A stretch of DNA of 52,288 bases, the filler included, from Catajapyx aquilonaris (lineage: Eukaryota), in assembly GCA_000934665.2 (NCBI GenBank). It is 2 parts of 2 records of this genome, joined end to end, with 100 filler letters (N's around TTAATTAATTAA, not from the genome) between each part and the next. Parts side by side here need not be neighbours in the genome. Positions count along the whole stretch, not along the records: positions 26,209 to 52,288 come from KZ539315.1; 1 more part is not named here. The stretch is one strand, 5' to 3'. Positions 50,004-52,288 of the stretch are shown here, in pieces. The notes beneath the pieces are model-generated. The model searched no databases. It saw only the letters and a list, made by a program, of their open reading frames with translations, and had not been told where the DNA came from. The stretch's first letter is position 1, and the number at the start of each line of letters is the position of its first letter. The translations under genes were made by a program, and so were the position numbers.

Positions 50004-50846
50004 TTATCGCAACTTATACTGTACAATATGAGGTTTTATCCTTACTTTGGGCCTACCAAAGCCAGTATTGTTCTGGGCTTGGTAATTGGCTGAAAATTGA
50101 TATTCGATGATCTGCAAGTATCTACAAAGCATAAGGGCGTTCTCAAAGAAGGGTGCTGTCGTCTTTGAATGTATTGAAATAAGCCTTTTTGCTGCAGCCA
50201 TATTCGCTGAATGTCGCCCTCAGTTGTAGCAGAATGTTGAATTTCTAATACCTATCACCTGAAACTTATGTTGAGCATCCACAACGGCCATCAACACAAT
50301 GGCGTGAGTATTCTGTACAAATGAAGTCCCAGTTTGACAGGAATTATTCTAATGCTGTATAGACATTCCCTATACCTTGTAATCGCGAAAATATAAGTTC
50401 CAATTTTTGGGTTGCTGGATGATGAGGTGTTTCCTGTCTACTGCGATGCAGCACAGAGGAAACCGACACCTATCAGAAAAATCTGGTGCCACTTTGCTGA
50501 AATCCTCAGCAGTAGGATCCTGCGCCAAAGTTTAAGTAGAAAGTAATAAATAATGGCACGGCGTGTAATGAAGTGGATAGATAATCCTCCTCCCTATAGA
50601 AATGCATTTAGGTATTGTGTTTCTCCAGCAGCAATTTATGGACTTTCTGAGTAGCTTAACTAGCTTAAGGTCATCTTGTTCTACTTTCGGTTCATATCTT
50701 CGTTGCTTCCCTCCTCCTGTTCTTCTGCCATTCACAATAGGAGGCACAGCTTCCTTGGATAGCAATAAAATTTCTTCTTGTCCGTCCTTGTCATCGCACA
50801 CAACTCCGAAGCGATAACAGTCCGGCTCAAGCATCATGTGGGCCAT
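50004..50846 (-). pseudogene. Decayed PIF/Harbinger (HARBI1-like) transposase
   Basis: PTAEDFSKVAPDFSDRCRFPLCCIAVDRKHLIIQQP...RDYK / HAIVLMAVVDAQHKF (cf. FPxCxGAxDGKH...NYK...SIVLxAVxDAxYxF). Confidence 0.75.
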
Positions 50847-51058
50847 GACGGCTACTCTAGACGGACTGAATGTGTGATGGAAATTTGCTATTGCTTGTAC
50901 TATTTCGACGCAGTCATATTATTTTTGTCTCAATTATAGGAGTCCACCCCCTCTCCTATACAGCAGGTACAGCACTATATCGCTCAACAAGATGGAGACG
51001 AATTTGCAAAGCAGCGAAATGCAAAATCGTCTCCATATTTTTGAGTAATATGGTACAT

Positions 51059-51061
<3 letters not shown>

Positions 51062-51124
<63 letters not shown>

Positions 51125-51132
51125 CCCTCTCT
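51062..51132. repeat. (TC)n microsatellite
   Basis: Direct observation. Confidence 0.95.
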
Positions 51133-51164
51133 TTAAAAAACCCCGCTTTTGTTCATTTAACGTT

Positions 51165-51272
51165 GGGGTTGGGGTGGTATTGCCTGCCCTGCCCTACAAC
51201 GTCACAGGTGCTTGGCGCAGTATAGCCATTGCTGCTGTTGCGCCAATAAACCATTACTCAATCAATCAATCA
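51165..51272 (+). mobile_element. Probable 3' tip of a LINE/SINE
   Basis: GGCGCA...TGCGCC stem, AATAAA and a (TCAA)n tail. Confidence 0.45.
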
Positions 51273-51554
51273 AATAGCTACAGAAGTCGAGCATACCTTG
51301 CGCATGTGATACTACCTGAGTTTTTTTTTTTTTGGCACGGGTTCCATTGATCGTCTATGTACTCTTTTTCTAATTATAAGATTGATATGTTTTTGCACAA
51401 GTTGGCGTTGGATGGGGTTGACATTCAGTGTAGTTCTCCTGGTTGTTGAAGTGTAACAATAACAGAAGGGAATGAATGAAACACGTTGTCATTTACATTA
51501 TTCTTGCACGGCAAAGATGATAACAATAAATCATGCCACAGTGTTATCACGTTA

Positions 51555-52288
51555 CTAGAGTGCCAGCTTTATTAGGTCCCGCTTCTGCCTGTGCAAGTAG
51601 GCCCTGAGGACGTCCACCTGATTCAGAGTCAGCTTCCAAGGGCTCCTGTGGACATGTCTGCCACTTGGTCCACCATCACCTTGGCCCTCCTCATATTTGG
51701 GAATAGGACGACTCTGTTCGCCATCCAGTCCCACTGCCTCTTGAGCAGAATCCGCCTCTTCAGCTGCTTCCATGCTGGCCTCGCAACCATTCCTCAACCT
51801 GGCCAGCAAAATGTCTTTGCCAAAAAATAATTGTCGTGAAGACGACGCGCGACGCTAGTACTGCTTCAGTTGGATGGGAAAATGTTGGTGGCATTGAGTG
51901 GATCTTGGCTCACCATTATTATTTGTTATTTGCCTATTAATTAGTGGATGAATGTGCAGTAATAAAGTTTAGATTAATTACAATCTGCCGGGAATACCAC
52001 TGCCATAATAACCATTGCCATGCATAATCTAATCATGCCAGGAAATGTTATTCTGGTGAGGATGCATATGATATAGCGGCGTCGAGTGGTATTTTTTGTT
52101 TGTTTGTTTGTCCCACTTCTGACTCTCGGACGATCTTGGATCAGCCTTGTGATGGTCGCCATAAGTAATCAAGTAGAGATGAACCTTTTCCCAAATGATA
52201 ATAGCCCATAATATTCGACAGACGTTTGCAGCACGGAAACATTGCCTTGGTAATTATCTTCACAACCATGCTGCTGTCATGGCTATCA
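51555..52288 (-). pseudogene. Possible decayed hAT (ZBED-like) transposase
   Basis: RLIQD (cf. KLIQDVxTRW) and WDWMANRVVLFPNM...KLTLNQVDVLRAYL (cf. hAT dimerisation domain), across frameshifts. Confidence 0.35.

Noticed and set aside
1..52288. CRISPR array, operon or prokaryotic defence system
   Set aside because: The sequence is eukaryotic (spliceosomal introns, SINEs); there is no regularly spaced repeat-spacer array and no long intact ORFs.

Overview
Eukaryotic, repeat-rich genomic DNA, most likely from an arthropod (pancrustacean-type eS1 sequence, TTAGG-type motif, insect-like SINEs). The one clear host gene is a complete five-exon 40S ribosomal protein S3a gene (RpS3A/eS1, + strand, join 3558-3619, 4106-4209, 6116-6438, 7402-7563, 8856-9005; 266 aa) with a TCT/5'TOP-like start and an AATAAA signal. 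Most of the rest is mobile DNA. There are at least five tRNA-derived SINE families (including V-domain-like and Nin/Deu-domain-like ones, several with TSDs), many TIR and fold-back MITEs, and decayed coding fragments of Sola2-like, Tc1/mariner, hAT, PIF/Harbinger, Helitron and non-LTR elements. An artificial N-TTAATTAATTAA-N linker at 26109-26208 means the two halves may not be neighbours in vivo. I found no convincing novel multi-gene system. The best leads are head-to-head placement of one SINE family just upstream of other Pol III-type SINE heads, a spacerless 84-bp palindrome carrying UUCG-type hairpins, GTAC-targeting stacked hairpin MITEs, and an orphan promoter/first-exon candidate near 28 kb. 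Family names come from recalled motifs, not database searches.
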